A stretch of DNA of 64,000 nucleotides from Candidatus Nealsonbacteria bacterium (GCA_047456295.1 CP179887.1:239159-303158), one strand, 5' to 3'. Shown: positions 22,966 through 33,495, numbered from the stretch's first letter. The notes: generated from the letters alone by a model not told the origin. Numbers and translations: made by a program.

Positions 22966-23670
22966 CTAACTGCTTTTTTTTCCTTTCTCTTTTTTTTCTC
23001 CTGTTTCTCCAGGCTTCTCTGGCTTCTCTGGCTTCTCTGGCTTCTCTTCTGCTGGCTTCTCTTCTGGTTTTTCTTCTGGTTTTTCCTCTTCTGGTTTTTT
23101 CACCTCTTCCTCAACTTTCTCAGGAGCAGAAACAGCAATGACAATTTCTCCAGGTTCCTTTAACACCTTAACGCCTGGTGGGAGCTGGAGATCACCAACT
23201 GAGATATGATCTTCAAAGCTTTTCAGATTCTCTACGTTAACCTTAATATTTTTGGGGAGATCTTGGGGAAGAGCTTTAATTTCAATCTCAGAAATATTCT
23301 TAACCAAAGTACCACCAATATTCTTGACTGCCGGAGCCTCTCCCTCAATAAATATGGAAACCGTTACCTCAACCTCTTCTTTAAGCGGGGGCTGATATAA
23401 ATCAACATGAATTGGTTTTTCTGTTAAAGGATTAGATTGAATGTCATAGATTAACACTAAAAACTTCTCTTTCTGACCTTCAATATTAAGGGAAACCAAA
23501 GAACTTTCTCCTGCTTCTTTGTATACTTTCTCAAATTCCTTTAAATCTAACTCTAAATTTAAATTCTTGATTTTGGGACCGTATAAGATGGCGGGAATAA
23601 GCTCTTTTTCCTTAAGGCTTTTTGTTTTATTTTTAACATCCTTGCGGATTTTAGCTGAAAGAGAATACAT
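22966..23670 (-). CDS. rplY: 50S ribosomal protein L25/Ctc with an acidic PEEK-repeat tail
   Basis: N-terminus LSAKIRKD...IPAILYGPK, a Ctc-type beta-barrel, and the C-terminus EEKPEEKPEEKPAEEKPEKPEKPEKP. Confidence 0.9.
   Translation of the reverse strand: MYSLSAKIRKDVKNKTKSLKEKELIPAILYGPKIKNLNLELDLKEFEKVYKEAGESSLVSLNIEGQKEKFLVLIYDIQSNPLTEKPIHVDLYQPPLKEEVEVTVSIFIEGEAPAVKNIGGTLVKNISEIEIKALPQDLPKNIKVNVENLKSFEDHISVGDLQLPPGVKVLKEPGEIVIAVSAPEKVEEEVKKPEEEKPEEKPEEKPAEEKPEKPEKPEKPGETGEKKEKGKKSS
23012..23100. repeat. tandem 9-nt repeat (ggcttctct x4, then degenerate copies) encoding the L25 tail
   Basis: Read directly at 23012-23047, with decayed copies to about 23100. Confidence 0.8.
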
Positions 23671-23705
23671 GGTTTTTCAAAATATAAGAATTAATGATTA
23701 TATGA

Positions 23706-24644
23706 CTATTTTCCTTTTTCATAAATCTTTAAAGCCTCCTCAACATTTTTACCCTCCACATTTATTGCATATATTGCGTTACACATGGCCACTGCTTGTT
23801 TAAGGCTTTTTTGATGAATATTTCTTCCTGTTGCGCTGCCTGCTATACCAATCTCAATCTGGTCATACAGTCTTTGCAAAAAGGCCTTAACATCTACTGA
23901 AGAACCACCTGCACAAACAACCTTTGTTCTACCTGCTGCCAGCACTGCTTCTTTTAATGCCTCTGTTACGTATTTCCCCTCTTTTTTGGGAGGATTAATC
24001 TTAACAAAATCAGTCCCAAGACAAGCTGCCACTCCTGTTGCTCCTGCAATTAAATGAGCATCTTTTTCATCTTTGACTGCCTTGCCCCTGGGATATATCC
24101 AAAGAACAGTTAAAAGACCGTTTTTATGAGCTTCATATACCATTCTCGAAGCTTCCCTTAACATTTCTGCTTCATATTCACTACCAAGATAAACAGTATA
24201 ACCTACCCCCAATATCTTTAAACCGGAAATCTCCTTAAATTCAATGACTTCTTTAATGTCTGTAATCTTACCATTAAGGGGGTCTCTCTGTTCTGTCTTA
24301 ATAAGATTTGTTTTTGAATTAAGCTTTATCAAGTATTGAATGTTTTTATAATCAGCACCATACTCAGCAATAAGCCCGCGCTGGGTGGCAAACACGCCAA
24401 TCTTGGCATTACTTGCGACACGAAAAAGATGTTCAGGAGAAGCATCATCAAGATGGATTCCTTTTCCATAAAAATCATTATTAAGGTGCTCTATTTTCTG
24501 GTCTCCGGCAAAGAGCATCAATCTTCCAGAGTTCTGGGTCATATCCAGATAATTTTTAATATACCTTGACCGTATCTTTTTAGGAACGTCTGAGGGAACA
24601 ATAACATCTTTTTCTTTTATTTTAAAGTTCCTGGTTTTGTTCAT
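23706..24644 (-). CDS. class I fructose-bisphosphate aldolase, DhnA/FbaB (archaeal) type
   Basis: 312-aa ORF in the DhnA-family pattern (FAGDQKIEH, GTDFVKINPP with the Schiff-base Lys, GRNIHQ). It sits next to fbp. Confidence 0.75.
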   Translation of the reverse strand: MNKTRNFKIKEKDVIVPSDVPKKIRSRYIKNYLDMTQNSGRLMLFAGDQKIEHLNNDFYGKGIHLDDASPEHLFRVASNAKIGVFATQRGLIAEYGADYKNIQYLIKLNSKTNLIKTEQRDPLNGKITDIKEVIEFKEISGLKILGVGYTVYLGSEYEAEMLREASRMVYEAHKNGLLTVLWIYPRGKAVKDEKDAHLIAGATGVAACLGTDFVKINPPKKEGKYVTEALKEAVLAAGRTKVVCAGGSSVDVKAFLQRLYDQIEIGIAGSATGRNIHQKSLKQAVAMCNAIYAINVEGKNVEEALKIYEKGK

Positions 24645-24667
24645 AGTTTTTTATTTGTTATTAATAT

Positions 24668-25552
24668 TTATTGTTTTAATGTTTTTTCCAATGTTTCAAT
24701 AAGGTCTTTATTTCCAACATAGGTGGGAGTCCTCTGCTGTAAAGATTTATATTCTATGTCCAATATAGACTTTTTCCCGTTGGAGGAACGACCGCCAGCC
24801 TGTTCAACAATAAAAGAAATGGGGTTTGACTCTGAAACCAATCTAAGCTTGCCTTCTGGTTTATTTACCAATGATGGATAGGCAAAGATGCCACCGTAAT
24901 GCAGGATTTGATTGAAATCACCAACAAAAGAACCGCCGTATCTCAATTTATAACCTTTTTGTTCCACTCCTTCAACAAATTCTTTAAACCCAGCAAGCCA
25001 ATCCCTTCTTAACCCACCTGCACTATACAGTTTTCCTTTTGTAGGAAGTTTTATATTCTGGTTTGTTAAAATAAACCCTTCATTGGTGAGCAAGAACTCA
25101 TGAACACCTTTTTTAGTTGCATAAACCAGGGTATCTAAGGGACCGTACAGCATATACAGAGCAGCTTTCTGATTCATTCCTGGGGTAGGAAAGTCTTTCT
25201 TATATATTCCGATTATCGTACCAACCAGATTATTGCTTTCTATGTTTGAAGAACCATCCAAGGGATCAAGGCTTATATTAAAAATTCCATTCTTACTTAT
25301 CTTAACAACATCAGCCTCTTCTTCAGAAACCAGCGTCTTTACCAAACCTGTTTTTTTGAGTTCTTGTATTATAAATTGATTTGCCCACTCATCCACAACC
25401 AACTGAATCTCTCCAAACACATTCTTCATGGTTGTCTTGCCTCTTCTGTAAGGAAGTTCTCTTCTTATCAACTCACACATCTTACTTATTTCAAAAATCA
25501 AAGAGGCTAATTTTTTATCTAAATTTTTTAACAAATGTTCTTTTAACAACAT
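24668..25552 (-). CDS. fbp: fructose-1,6-bisphosphatase class 1
   Basis: Contains LDPLDGSSNIE, GGIFAYP and FIVEQAGG. Confidence 0.9.
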   Translation of the reverse strand: MLLKEHLLKNLDKKLASLIFEISKMCELIRRELPYRRGKTTMKNVFGEIQLVVDEWANQFIIQELKKTGLVKTLVSEEEADVVKISKNGIFNISLDPLDGSSNIESNNLVGTIIGIYKKDFPTPGMNQKAALYMLYGPLDTLVYATKKGVHEFLLTNEGFILTNQNIKLPTKGKLYSAGGLRRDWLAGFKEFVEGVEQKGYKLRYGGSFVGDFNQILHYGGIFAYPSLVNKPEGKLRLVSESNPISFIVEQAGGRSSNGKKSILDIEYKSLQQRTPTYVGNKDLIETLEKTLKQ

Positions 25553-25681
25553 AATGTTTTTGAAGGTTATTTTTTTGACCTTTTTCTTTTTACCTTTCTA
25601 CGAAATAATTCATTTACTTTAACATGAACTATATTATTATTTTTCAAAAAATCGTAAGTATTTATTTTCATGTGAATCTAT

Positions 25682-28048
25682 CTATTTTTTCCTTTTGGTT
25701 AACGCCAAAATTGTTGGGATCACAGAATCCGGATTTACAGACAGAGCTTCTATTTTGTGGTTAATCAAAAATCTAGCGAAATCAGGCATAGAAGCAGCTT
25801 CACCGCAAATTCCAATATATTTTTTCCTTTTCCTGCATTCAGCAATAACCTGTGCTATCAACTTTTTTACAGCTTCATTTCTTTCATCTCCTATATGAGC
25901 TATGTTAGCACTATCTCTATCCATGCCTAAAGTCAATTGGGTCAGGTCGTTTGAACCAATACTCATGCCGTCGAATATTTCCAAGAATTCCTTTGCCAAA
26001 ATTACATTAGAAGGAATCTCACACATAACAATGACTTTCAAGTTGTCCCTGCTTTTCTTCAATCCATTCTTGGCCATTAAATCCAATACTTTTTTCCCTT
26101 CCTGGACTGTCCGGCAGAAAGGAACCATTACCCAGATGTTTTTTAAACCAAATACCTCTCTGGCTTTTTTAATAGCCTGACATTCCATTTCAAAAGCAGG
26201 CCTGAATTTTTTATCGTAATACCTTGAAGCTCCCCTCCACCCCAACATGGGGTTGGCTTCTTTGGGTTCAAACTCCTCTCCTCCTATTAAGGCTGCGTAT
26301 TCATTGGTTTTAAAATCAGATAATCTGACAATAACTTCTTTGGGATAGAAAGCTGCTGCAATCTGAGAAATACCTTCTGCCAATTTATCAATAAAATATT
26401 TCTTTTTATCTTTATATCCGACGGTTAATTTATCGATTTCAGACTTTATCTTCTTATTCTTTATTTTCTTGTAATAATAAAGGGCCAAAGGATGGATTCT
26501 TATCTTTTCTGCTATTATAAATTCTTCACGAGCTAAACCAACTCCATCTGCTGGCAAAAAGGAGGCTTTGAAAGCTATTTCTGGAGCCCCTAAATTTAAA
26601 ACTATTCTTACTGGCAGTTTGGGAATTTTCTTTAAATTATACTTTTTAATTTTAAAAGGTACTTTTCCTAAAAAGATCCTACCTTTAGTACAATCTACAG
26701 TAACCTCCTGGTTTGTTTTTAATACTTTTGTCGCGCTTTTGGTACCTACAATACAAGGAATACCAAGTTCCCGGGAAATAATAGCTGAGTGACAGGTCTT
26801 GCCTCCTTCATCAGTTATAATAGCTGAAGCCATAGTCATAATTACTGTCCAATCAGGGTCGGTCATTCTTGTTACTAAAACTTCTCCTTTTTGAAACTGA
26901 CTGATTCTGGAAACACTGGGAATGACTTGAATCCGTCCCTGACCGATTTTATTTCCGATTCCAATACCGGTTAGAAAAGGCTTTTTTTTGGTTTTAATTT
27001 CATACTCTTCATAGGTTTTCCCAGTCTTAGGAGCATGAACGGTTTCGGGACGAGACTGAACAATAAATAACTCATTCAATCTTCCGTCTTTTGCCCACTC
27101 AATGTCCTGGGGGAATTTGTAGTGGTCCTCAATCTGGCAAGCCCATTTTGCCAAGGTTAATATTTCTTTGTCGGTTAAAGAAAATTTCAATTGGTCTTTT
27201 TGAGAAACAGCAGTCACTTTAAGACCGCCTGTTTTATTATAAATATATTTTCTGGTTTTTCTTCCTAAATTCTTGATAATGATAGATTTGTATCCTTTTT
27301 TCAAGGTGGGTTTGAAAATGTAAAATTCATCAGGGGTAATCTTTCCCTTAACAATCAATTCCCCTATTCCAAAAATGGAATTTATTAAAACCACATTCTT
27401 AAAACCTGTTTCAGTATCTAAAGTGAATATCACCCCAGAGGAAGCCAAATCTGACCTGACCATTTTTTGTATTCCCACAGACAGGGCAATTGTTAAATGA
27501 TTGAATCCTTTTTCTTCTCGGTAAGAAATAACCCTGTCGGTAAACAGAGAAGCCATGCATTTTTTTATGGCTTTTAATAATTCTTTTTCACCCTTGACAT
27601 TTAAATAGGTTTCGTGCTGACCGGCAAATGAAGCTGTTTTTAGGTCTTCGGCAGTTGCTGAAGAACGAGCAGCTACATCAATATTTTTCTGTCCATATTT
27701 TCTTGATAATTGCCTGTAGTTTTTAATAATTTCTCTTTTTAAATCTTCTGGAAATTTCCCTCCTAAAATAGCTTTACGGGAATTCCTCCCAGTTTTTTTC
27801 AAGTTTTGTAAATCTCCAGGATTAAATCCTTGAAAAATTTTCTTTAGTTTTTTGTCAATCTTGTTTTGTTTCAAAAAATACCAGAAAGCCAGGGATGTCA
27901 AAACAAAACCATTGGGGACGTTTATTCCTTTTCTGGTTAATTGAGAATACATCTCTCCCAAAGAAGCATTTTTCCCGCCAACCAAAAGACTATCTTTTTT
28001 TGAAATATCTCTTAACCAAAGAATGAATTTTTTTGGTTTTTCAGTCAT
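25682..28048 (-). CDS. ppsA: phosphoenolpyruvate synthase (pyruvate, water dikinase)
   Basis: 788-aa ORF with GGKNASLGEM, the phosphohistidine region TDEGGKTCHSAIISRELGIPCIVG, and a PEP-utilising C-terminal TIM domain (GSNDLTQL). Confidence 0.9.
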   Translation of the reverse strand: MTEKPKKFILWLRDISKKDSLLVGGKNASLGEMYSQLTRKGINVPNGFVLTSLAFWYFLKQNKIDKKLKKIFQGFNPGDLQNLKKTGRNSRKAILGGKFPEDLKREIIKNYRQLSRKYGQKNIDVAARSSATAEDLKTASFAGQHETYLNVKGEKELLKAIKKCMASLFTDRVISYREEKGFNHLTIALSVGIQKMVRSDLASSGVIFTLDTETGFKNVVLINSIFGIGELIVKGKITPDEFYIFKPTLKKGYKSIIIKNLGRKTRKYIYNKTGGLKVTAVSQKDQLKFSLTDKEILTLAKWACQIEDHYKFPQDIEWAKDGRLNELFIVQSRPETVHAPKTGKTYEEYEIKTKKKPFLTGIGIGNKIGQGRIQVIPSVSRISQFQKGEVLVTRMTDPDWTVIMTMASAIITDEGGKTCHSAIISRELGIPCIVGTKSATKVLKTNQEVTVDCTKGRIFLGKVPFKIKKYNLKKIPKLPVRIVLNLGAPEIAFKASFLPADGVGLAREEFIIAEKIRIHPLALYYYKKIKNKKIKSEIDKLTVGYKDKKKYFIDKLAEGISQIAAAFYPKEVIVRLSDFKTNEYAALIGGEEFEPKEANPMLGWRGASRYYDKKFRPAFEMECQAIKKAREVFGLKNIWVMVPFCRTVQEGKKVLDLMAKNGLKKSRDNLKVIVMCEIPSNVILAKEFLEIFDGMSIGSNDLTQLTLGMDRDSANIAHIGDERNEAVKKLIAQVIAECRKRKKYIGICGEAASMPDFARFLINHKIEALSVNPDSVIPTILALTKRKK

Positions 28049-28055
28049 AATTTTG

Positions 28056-29978
28056 TTATGCTTTGGACAAAATTCTCTTTCTTATCTCATCTATACATTC
28101 AGGATTAGCTAGGGCTGAAAGATCCCCTAAGGGTTCATCTGTAAACAACCTTTTTAAAATTCTTCTCATAATTTTACCGCTCCTTGTCTTTGGAAGGTCT
28201 TCAACTAAATAAATCTCCTTTGGTTTAACAATAGGTCCAATCTCTTCTCTAATCTTTTTTATTAATTCTTTTTTCACTTTCTCTAAGGACATTTTTTTCT
28301 TTAAAACTACAAAGACTATAGGTACTTCTCCTTTTATCTCATGTGGCACTCCCATCACTGCACATTCAATAACATTTGAATGTTTTGAAAGTATATTTTC
28401 TAACTCCCCGGTAGATATCCTATGTCCCGCTACTTTAATAACATCATCAACCCTTCCTACAATTCTAATTAAGCCGTTTTTATCTTTATAAGCAACATCA
28501 GACGTAAAATAAATTTTATTTCCGTACTGACTCCAGTATGTTTTTTTATATTTCTTTGGATTCTTGTAAATTCCTCTTAACAATCCAGGGGCAAAAGGTG
28601 GAAGCATTACTAAATTTCCTTCTTTATTTACGGGCAGGGAGTTACCCTTCTCATCTAAAATATCAAATTTTATTCCTGGAAAAGGTAAACCAGTAAAAGC
28701 AGGTTTGAAAGGACCGACACCCGGCAAAGAAGTAATTAAGATTCCGCCTGTTTCAGTCTGCCACCACGTATCAACTAAAGGACATCTCCCTTTTCCAACT
28801 TTTTGGAAATACCAGTGCCAGGTAGCTTCATTAATTGGTTCACCAACTGAACCTAAAATTTGTAAACTTTCAAATTTGTATTTTTTAGAAATTTTACCAT
28901 TATATTTCTCAAACATTCGAATTGCGGTAGGAGCAGTATAGAAAGTTGTTACTCCATATTTTTCAATGATTTGAGCCCACCTGTGGGGATTTGGCCAATC
29001 CGGCGCTCCTTCAAATATCAAAAAAGTAACTCCATTAAGTAAAGGCGAGTAAACCCCGTAAGTATGGCCTGTCGCCCAACCAACATCAGCCATACACCAA
29101 AAGATATCTTCATCTTTAAAATCAAACACCCATTTACCCGTAATGTAAGCTTGAACGGTATAACCTCCGGTAGTATGAAGAATTTGTAAATACTGACCGG
29201 CAGTTCCACTTTCAGTTAAAATAAATAAAGTGTCTTCTGAATTCATTACTTCTGGTTTGCATTCATCTTTTTCCTTCTCAATTATGTCTTTCCACCATAA
29301 ATCTCTATTCTTTTTCCAGGAAATTTTATTCCCAGCTCTCTTTACCACTATTACTTTTTTTACCCTTGTCCCTTTTATCCCTTTGTCAACCGATTGTTTC
29401 AAATGAATAATCTTACCCCTTCTATAATAACCATCAGCTGTAATTAATATTTCAGCTTTTGTGTCTTGAAGCCTTATCTTTAAGGCAACTGATGAAAAAG
29501 CAGAAAAAACAACAATGTGGATAGCTCCGATTCTGGCACAGGCCAGCATTGAAATTACCACCTCTGGGAGCATTGGTAAATAAATTCCCACCCTGTCTCC
29601 TTTCTTAACCCCCAGTCGTTTCAAGGCATTGGCAAGTCTATTCACCTCTCGATATAAATCATAATAAGTTAAAATTCTTGATTGTTCTTCTAATGGTTCA
29701 GGTTCCCAGATTAAGGCAACCTTGTTTTTCCTTTCTTTTAAATTTCTATCTAAAGCATTCTGGGTAATATTTAATTTCCCTCCCACAAACCATTTAAAAT
29801 AGGGCGGCTGGTGGATAAAGGTTTTTTTAGGAGATTTAAACCAAAGAATTTCTTTGGCTAATTCTCCCCAGAATTTAATTGGATTCTTGCCACCTTTAAT
29901 ATAAATGCTGTTGTTTTTCACCCAGGCTTTGTTTTTTAATTCTTTACCCGGATAATACAGCTTGTTTTTCTTCAGCAT
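28056..29978 (-). CDS. acs: acetyl-CoA synthetase (AMP-forming) family protein
   Basis: 640-aa ORF with ..ILHTTGGY.., WWQTETGG, YFTSDVAYKDKNGLIRIVGRVDDVIKVAGHRI and PKTRSGKIMRR. The AMP-binding P-loop-like motif is atypical (see findings). Confidence 0.85.
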   Translation of the reverse strand: MLKKNKLYYPGKELKNKAWVKNNSIYIKGGKNPIKFWGELAKEILWFKSPKKTFIHQPPYFKWFVGGKLNITQNALDRNLKERKNKVALIWEPEPLEEQSRILTYYDLYREVNRLANALKRLGVKKGDRVGIYLPMLPEVVISMLACARIGAIHIVVFSAFSSVALKIRLQDTKAEILITADGYYRRGKIIHLKQSVDKGIKGTRVKKVIVVKRAGNKISWKKNRDLWWKDIIEKEKDECKPEVMNSEDTLFILTESGTAGQYLQILHTTGGYTVQAYITGKWVFDFKDEDIFWCMADVGWATGHTYGVYSPLLNGVTFLIFEGAPDWPNPHRWAQIIEKYGVTTFYTAPTAIRMFEKYNGKISKKYKFESLQILGSVGEPINEATWHWYFQKVGKGRCPLVDTWWQTETGGILITSLPGVGPFKPAFTGLPFPGIKFDILDEKGNSLPVNKEGNLVMLPPFAPGLLRGIYKNPKKYKKTYWSQYGNKIYFTSDVAYKDKNGLIRIVGRVDDVIKVAGHRISTGELENILSKHSNVIECAVMGVPHEIKGEVPIVFVVLKKKMSLEKVKKELIKKIREEIGPIVKPKEIYLVEDLPKTRSGKIMRRILKRLFTDEPLGDLSALANPECIDEIRKRILSKA

Positions 29979-30072
29979 AATATTAAGTATACCTTAATTA
30001 AAAAAACGAGGCAAAACCTCGTTAAAATCAATATTCATTCTCAGTAAAATGAATAAAATATTCATCTTAACC

Positions 30073-31095
30073 TTAAAGCTTCCTGGCAACAAATTCCACA
30101 AAATCAGCTAATCTGCAGGCATAACCATATTCATTATCATACCAGGCTATAATCTTCACCAGATTGTTCATCACTTTTGTCGAAAGGGCATCAACAATAG
30201 CTGAAAAGGGATTTTTAATATAGTCTGAAGAAACCAAGGGAGCATCTTCCACCCCTAAAATTCCCTTTAATCTTTTTGTTTGAGAAGCTTTTTTAAAAAC
30301 ATAATTCACTTCCTGGGTAGTTGTTTCTTTCTCCACCCTGCATACCAAATCCACAATAGAAACAATGGGGGTGGGCACCCTTAAGGCTATGCCGTCTAGT
30401 TTTCCCTCTAGCTCAGGTATTACCTTGCCGATTGCCTTAGCCGCCCCAGTAGTGGTGGGAATGATATTTAAGGCAGCAGCCCTTCCCCGTCTTAGGTCGC
30501 TATGGGACATATCCAGAAGTCTCTGGTCATTGGTATAAGAATGAACCGTGGTCATAAAGCCCTTGATAATCTTGAAATTTTCATTCAATACCTTAACTAT
30601 GGGAGCCAAACAGTTTGTGGTACAAGAAGCCATATCAAAAATATCATACTCCTTGCAATCTAATTTATCTTCGTTAACCCCTAAAATAAAAGATGGAATC
30701 TTGTCAGGGGTCTTTGAGGGAGCAGAAATTACTACTTTTGCTGCACCAGCTGTTAAATGTTTTTTGGCATTATCATAATCTCTGAAACGACCCGTGCACT
30801 CCAAAACTATGTCAATTCCCAGATCCTTCCAGGGTAGTTTTTCAGGATCCTTCTCAGCAAAGACTCTGATCTTGGCTCCTTTATGATTGCCATCAATTAA
30901 GAGCTCTTTCCCGCTAAATTTAACAGGTTTTTTATAAAGCCCGTAAATAGAATCATATCTCAAAAGATGGCTCAGGGTTTTAGGATCAGTCAAATCATTA
31001 ATGGCCACCACTTCTAAATCAGGGCGCTTTTCTAAAAGCTTACGAAAAGTAGCTCTTCCGATTCGACCAAAACCATTTATGGCAACCTTAATCAT
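30073..31095 (-). CDS. gap: glyceraldehyde-3-phosphate dehydrogenase, type I
   Basis: Contains INGFGRIGR, the catalytic SCTTNCLAP, and WYDNEYGY. Confidence 0.95.
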   Translation of the reverse strand: MIKVAINGFGRIGRATFRKLLEKRPDLEVVAINDLTDPKTLSHLLRYDSIYGLYKKPVKFSGKELLIDGNHKGAKIRVFAEKDPEKLPWKDLGIDIVLECTGRFRDYDNAKKHLTAGAAKVVISAPSKTPDKIPSFILGVNEDKLDCKEYDIFDMASCTTNCLAPIVKVLNENFKIIKGFMTTVHSYTNDQRLLDMSHSDLRRGRAAALNIIPTTTGAAKAIGKVIPELEGKLDGIALRVPTPIVSIVDLVCRVEKETTTQEVNYVFKKASQTKRLKGILGVEDAPLVSSDYIKNPFSAIVDALSTKVMNNLVKIIAWYDNEYGYACRLADFVEFVARKL

Positions 31096-31171
31096 AAAAC
31101 CTAAGATATAAAAAAATAAAACCTAAAAACCTTTTAAATACTTCCTGTTTCAGGATTCCAGTTTCTTGAAC

Positions 31172-31417
31172 TTATTCCTTGATGTTTAACAGCTGGGAAA
31201 TTTTTTCCTTGTCAAACCCTATTACAATTTGTCCCTCTACTTCTATTACCGGCACTCCCATCTGTCCTGATTTTTCAATCATCTCTTTTCTTCCCTTCTC
31301 GTCTTCTGCCACATTGATTTCCTCAAAATCAATGTTGTGTTCCTTTAAAAAATCCTTTAAGGAAGTGCAGTAAGGACAAACTGGGGTACTAAAGACTTTA
31401 ACCATATTTTTGTTCAT
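31172..31417 (-). CDS. glutaredoxin-like protein (NrdH/YruB type)
   Basis: 81-aa ORF with a CPYC active site and GVPVIEVEG. Confidence 0.8.
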   Translation of the reverse strand: MNKNMVKVFSTPVCPYCTSLKDFLKEHNIDFEEINVAEDEKGRKEMIEKSGQMGVPVIEVEGQIVIGFDKEKISQLLNIKE

Positions 31418-32475
31418 TTACACTCTCCTCCACTCGAGGTTCCCTCTTCTAAACCAAATCCCGAGGAAAAAGCAGTATCAGAAAGGGTCTGGGAACATTC
31501 CTCAGGTGAAGAATTAAAGGCTTGACAAATAATCTCTTTAAATTTCTCTGGAGAACGGGGGTTTACCTGTACTATTTCATCGTTAATTACAACAGTTGGA
31601 GAACCTCTCACCCCATATTTCTGATTGAGGTCACTATGGACATCAAATTTAGGAAAGTTTCCATTCAGCCACGTATTTTTGTCTTCGTACTGACTGTAAA
31701 TATTATACTCTTTGTCTGTAGCTGTCATACAGTCGCTAATATTTGACTTATTTATACCTGATTTTTGAAGGCATTCGTCAATGTGTGACTGAACACAATT
31801 AGCCATTTTTACCCTATCTCCTTGAAATTCTTGATAAAATTTTGAGCTACAACTCTCCATCCCCGGACTAGCAATAAAACAGCTTAGATAATTACTGTAT
31901 TTCTCCTTCTCTTTTTCCTGTATGCAATACTGTCTTAAGTTTTCATCAATTTCGTGCTTTTCATGCATTATGTAATTTACAAAATAAATACCCATCTGGG
32001 CTTTTTCTTTCAGTAAATCGTAAACCGGTAAAAACATCTTTTGAGCCTGGAGACCGGAGGGACAATAAGACATTATAAAGAGTTTTGCATCAGGTATTTC
32101 CCTTTTGGAAATCTCTTTTTCATCACCAGTTTCATTTTGGATATTGGTTTCAAGGGTTAAATCATAACCTTCGGGAAACAAATATTTCCCATCTTTACTA
32201 ACGTAAGAGTCGTATTCAATCTCCCCTATCTTAAGACGGATTTTATAAATTTCACCTTCATCAACAATATTCACCAAAGAAGCTGTAATGCCTTGCTGTA
32301 AAACATTATCCAATTTATTAATAAAATCAATGGAAATCTGACCAACTTCCTGGGCTGACAATAAATTCCCCTGAGAAGTATTGTTCTTGGTCTTAATTAA
32401 GTAAGCAGAAACACCTGCTACAATTACAATAATAACAATCCCTGTAATTATTAATTGTTTTGAGTCTTTAATCAT
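31414..32475 (-). CDS. membrane-anchored thioredoxin-fold (DsbA-like) protein
   Basis: 353-aa ORF with an N-terminal TM helix. The thioredoxin-like region has CPSG in place of CxxC and a cis-Pro loop, GVRGSPTVVIND. Confidence 0.5.
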   Translation of the reverse strand: MIKDSKQLIITGIVIIVIVAGVSAYLIKTKNNTSQGNLLSAQEVGQISIDFINKLDNVLQQGITASLVNIVDEGEIYKIRLKIGEIEYDSYVSKDGKYLFPEGYDLTLETNIQNETGDEKEISKREIPDAKLFIMSYCPSGLQAQKMFLPVYDLLKEKAQMGIYFVNYIMHEKHEIDENLRQYCIQEKEKEKYSNYLSCFIASPGMESCSSKFYQEFQGDRVKMANCVQSHIDECLQKSGINKSNISDCMTATDKEYNIYSQYEDKNTWLNGNFPKFDVHSDLNQKYGVRGSPTVVINDEIVQVNPRSPEKFKEIICQAFNSSPEECSQTLSDTAFSSGFGLEEGTSSGGECK

Positions 32476-32496
32476 ACATTTAAAATATCACAATTT

Positions 32497-32709
32497 TTAT
32501 TTTTTGTAAATTTCATTTAGTTCTTTAAGCATATCTTTAAGGTTAATTTTATACATCTTACAAATATCCCCTATCTTTAACTTTTCCATCTCTAATTTAG
32601 CAAAAGGACAGGTCAAACAAGGTAGATTATACTTTGCTAAGATTTTATCAGCCTGGGGTATCTTTAAAATTTCTGCCAGGCTTGTATCTTCGCTAACTTT
32701 AGGTTCCAT
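32497..32709 (-). CDS. DUF1858-type small redox-disulfide domain protein
   Basis: 70-aa ORF. The LPCLTCPFA pattern resembles the hybrid-cluster-protein-associated disulfide domain; the assignment is from memory. Confidence 0.5.
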   Translation of the reverse strand: MEPKVSEDTSLAEILKIPQADKILAKYNLPCLTCPFAKLEMEKLKIGDICKMYKINLKDMLKELNEIYKK

Positions 32710-32736
32710 AAATTCTAATAAGGAAAATAATCTTTA

Positions 32737-33495
32737 TTATGTTGCCAGCCAACCGCCATCAACTATTATTGTGGAACCTGTAATATATGAGGATCTATCT
32801 GAAGCAAGAAATAAAACCGCATTTGAAACTTCTTCTGGTTTGCCTATCCTGTGCATTGGAATTCTGGCTAATGTCCCTTCCATTGTTTCTGGGTCTTGTT
32901 CTGAAGAAGCCATCATTGGAGTATCAATAGCTCCTGGAGCAATGGCATTAACCCTGATATTAAAACTGGCTAATTCCAGGGCAAGGGCTTCTGTCATTGC
33001 CACTATTCCTCCTTTTGAAGCAGAATAATGAACAATGTTTGGAAAACCAACCCCCATCCCTCCCATTGCTATGGAAGTTATATTGACAATTACTCCTGAT
33101 TTTTGTTTTACCATTTCTTTGGCACAGGCCTGGGCGCATAAAAAGTATCCTTTCAGATTAACGCTTAACGTCTTATCCCAGTCTTGTTCTGTTAATTCTA
33201 AAAAAGGTTTGAACTGTAAAATTCCAGCATTGTTTACCAAGATGTCTATTTTTCCAAAAACCTCTATTGTTTTTTTAACCATTATATCTACCTGTTCTTT
33301 TTTGGTCACGTCACATTCAACTGCCATTGCCTCTCCTCCTTGTTTTTTAACTTCTTGTACCACTTTCTGGCAGCCTTCAAGAGAAATATCAGATATAACT
33401 ACCTTGGCTCCTGCTTTAGCCAGGGTTAAGGCATGGGTTCTTCCCATTCCCCTTCTCCCGCCAGTGATGATTGCTACCTTGTTTTTTAAATCCAT
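32737..33495 (-). CDS. short-chain dehydrogenase/reductase (FabG-like)
   Basis: Contains TGGRRGMG (TGxxxGxG), NNAG, the YSASK catalytic motif and PGAIDTPM. Confidence 0.85.
   Translation of the reverse strand: MDLKNKVAIITGGRRGMGRTHALTLAKAGAKVVISDISLEGCQKVVQEVKKQGGEAMAVECDVTKKEQVDIMVKKTIEVFGKIDILVNNAGILQFKPFLELTEQDWDKTLSVNLKGYFLCAQACAKEMVKQKSGVIVNITSIAMGGMGVGFPNIVHYSASKGGIVAMTEALALELASFNIRVNAIAPGAIDTPMMASSEQDPETMEGTLARIPMHRIGKPEEVSNAVLFLASDRSSYITGSTIIVDGGWLAT

Noticed and set aside
19612-23100. Short tandem repeats considered as possible CRISPR or other non-coding arrays
   Set aside because: The repeat units are 6-9 nt, there are no spacers, and they lie in-frame inside rpsB and rplY, encoding low-complexity tails. 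No CRISPR-like repeat-spacer structure exists anywhere in the window.
25567-25671. A 34-codon minus-strand ORF (MKINTYDFLKNNNIVHVKVNELFRRKVKRKRSKK) between ppsA and fbp
   Set aside because: It is short and AT-rich, with no conservation evidence available. It could be a real small basic protein but is unsupported.
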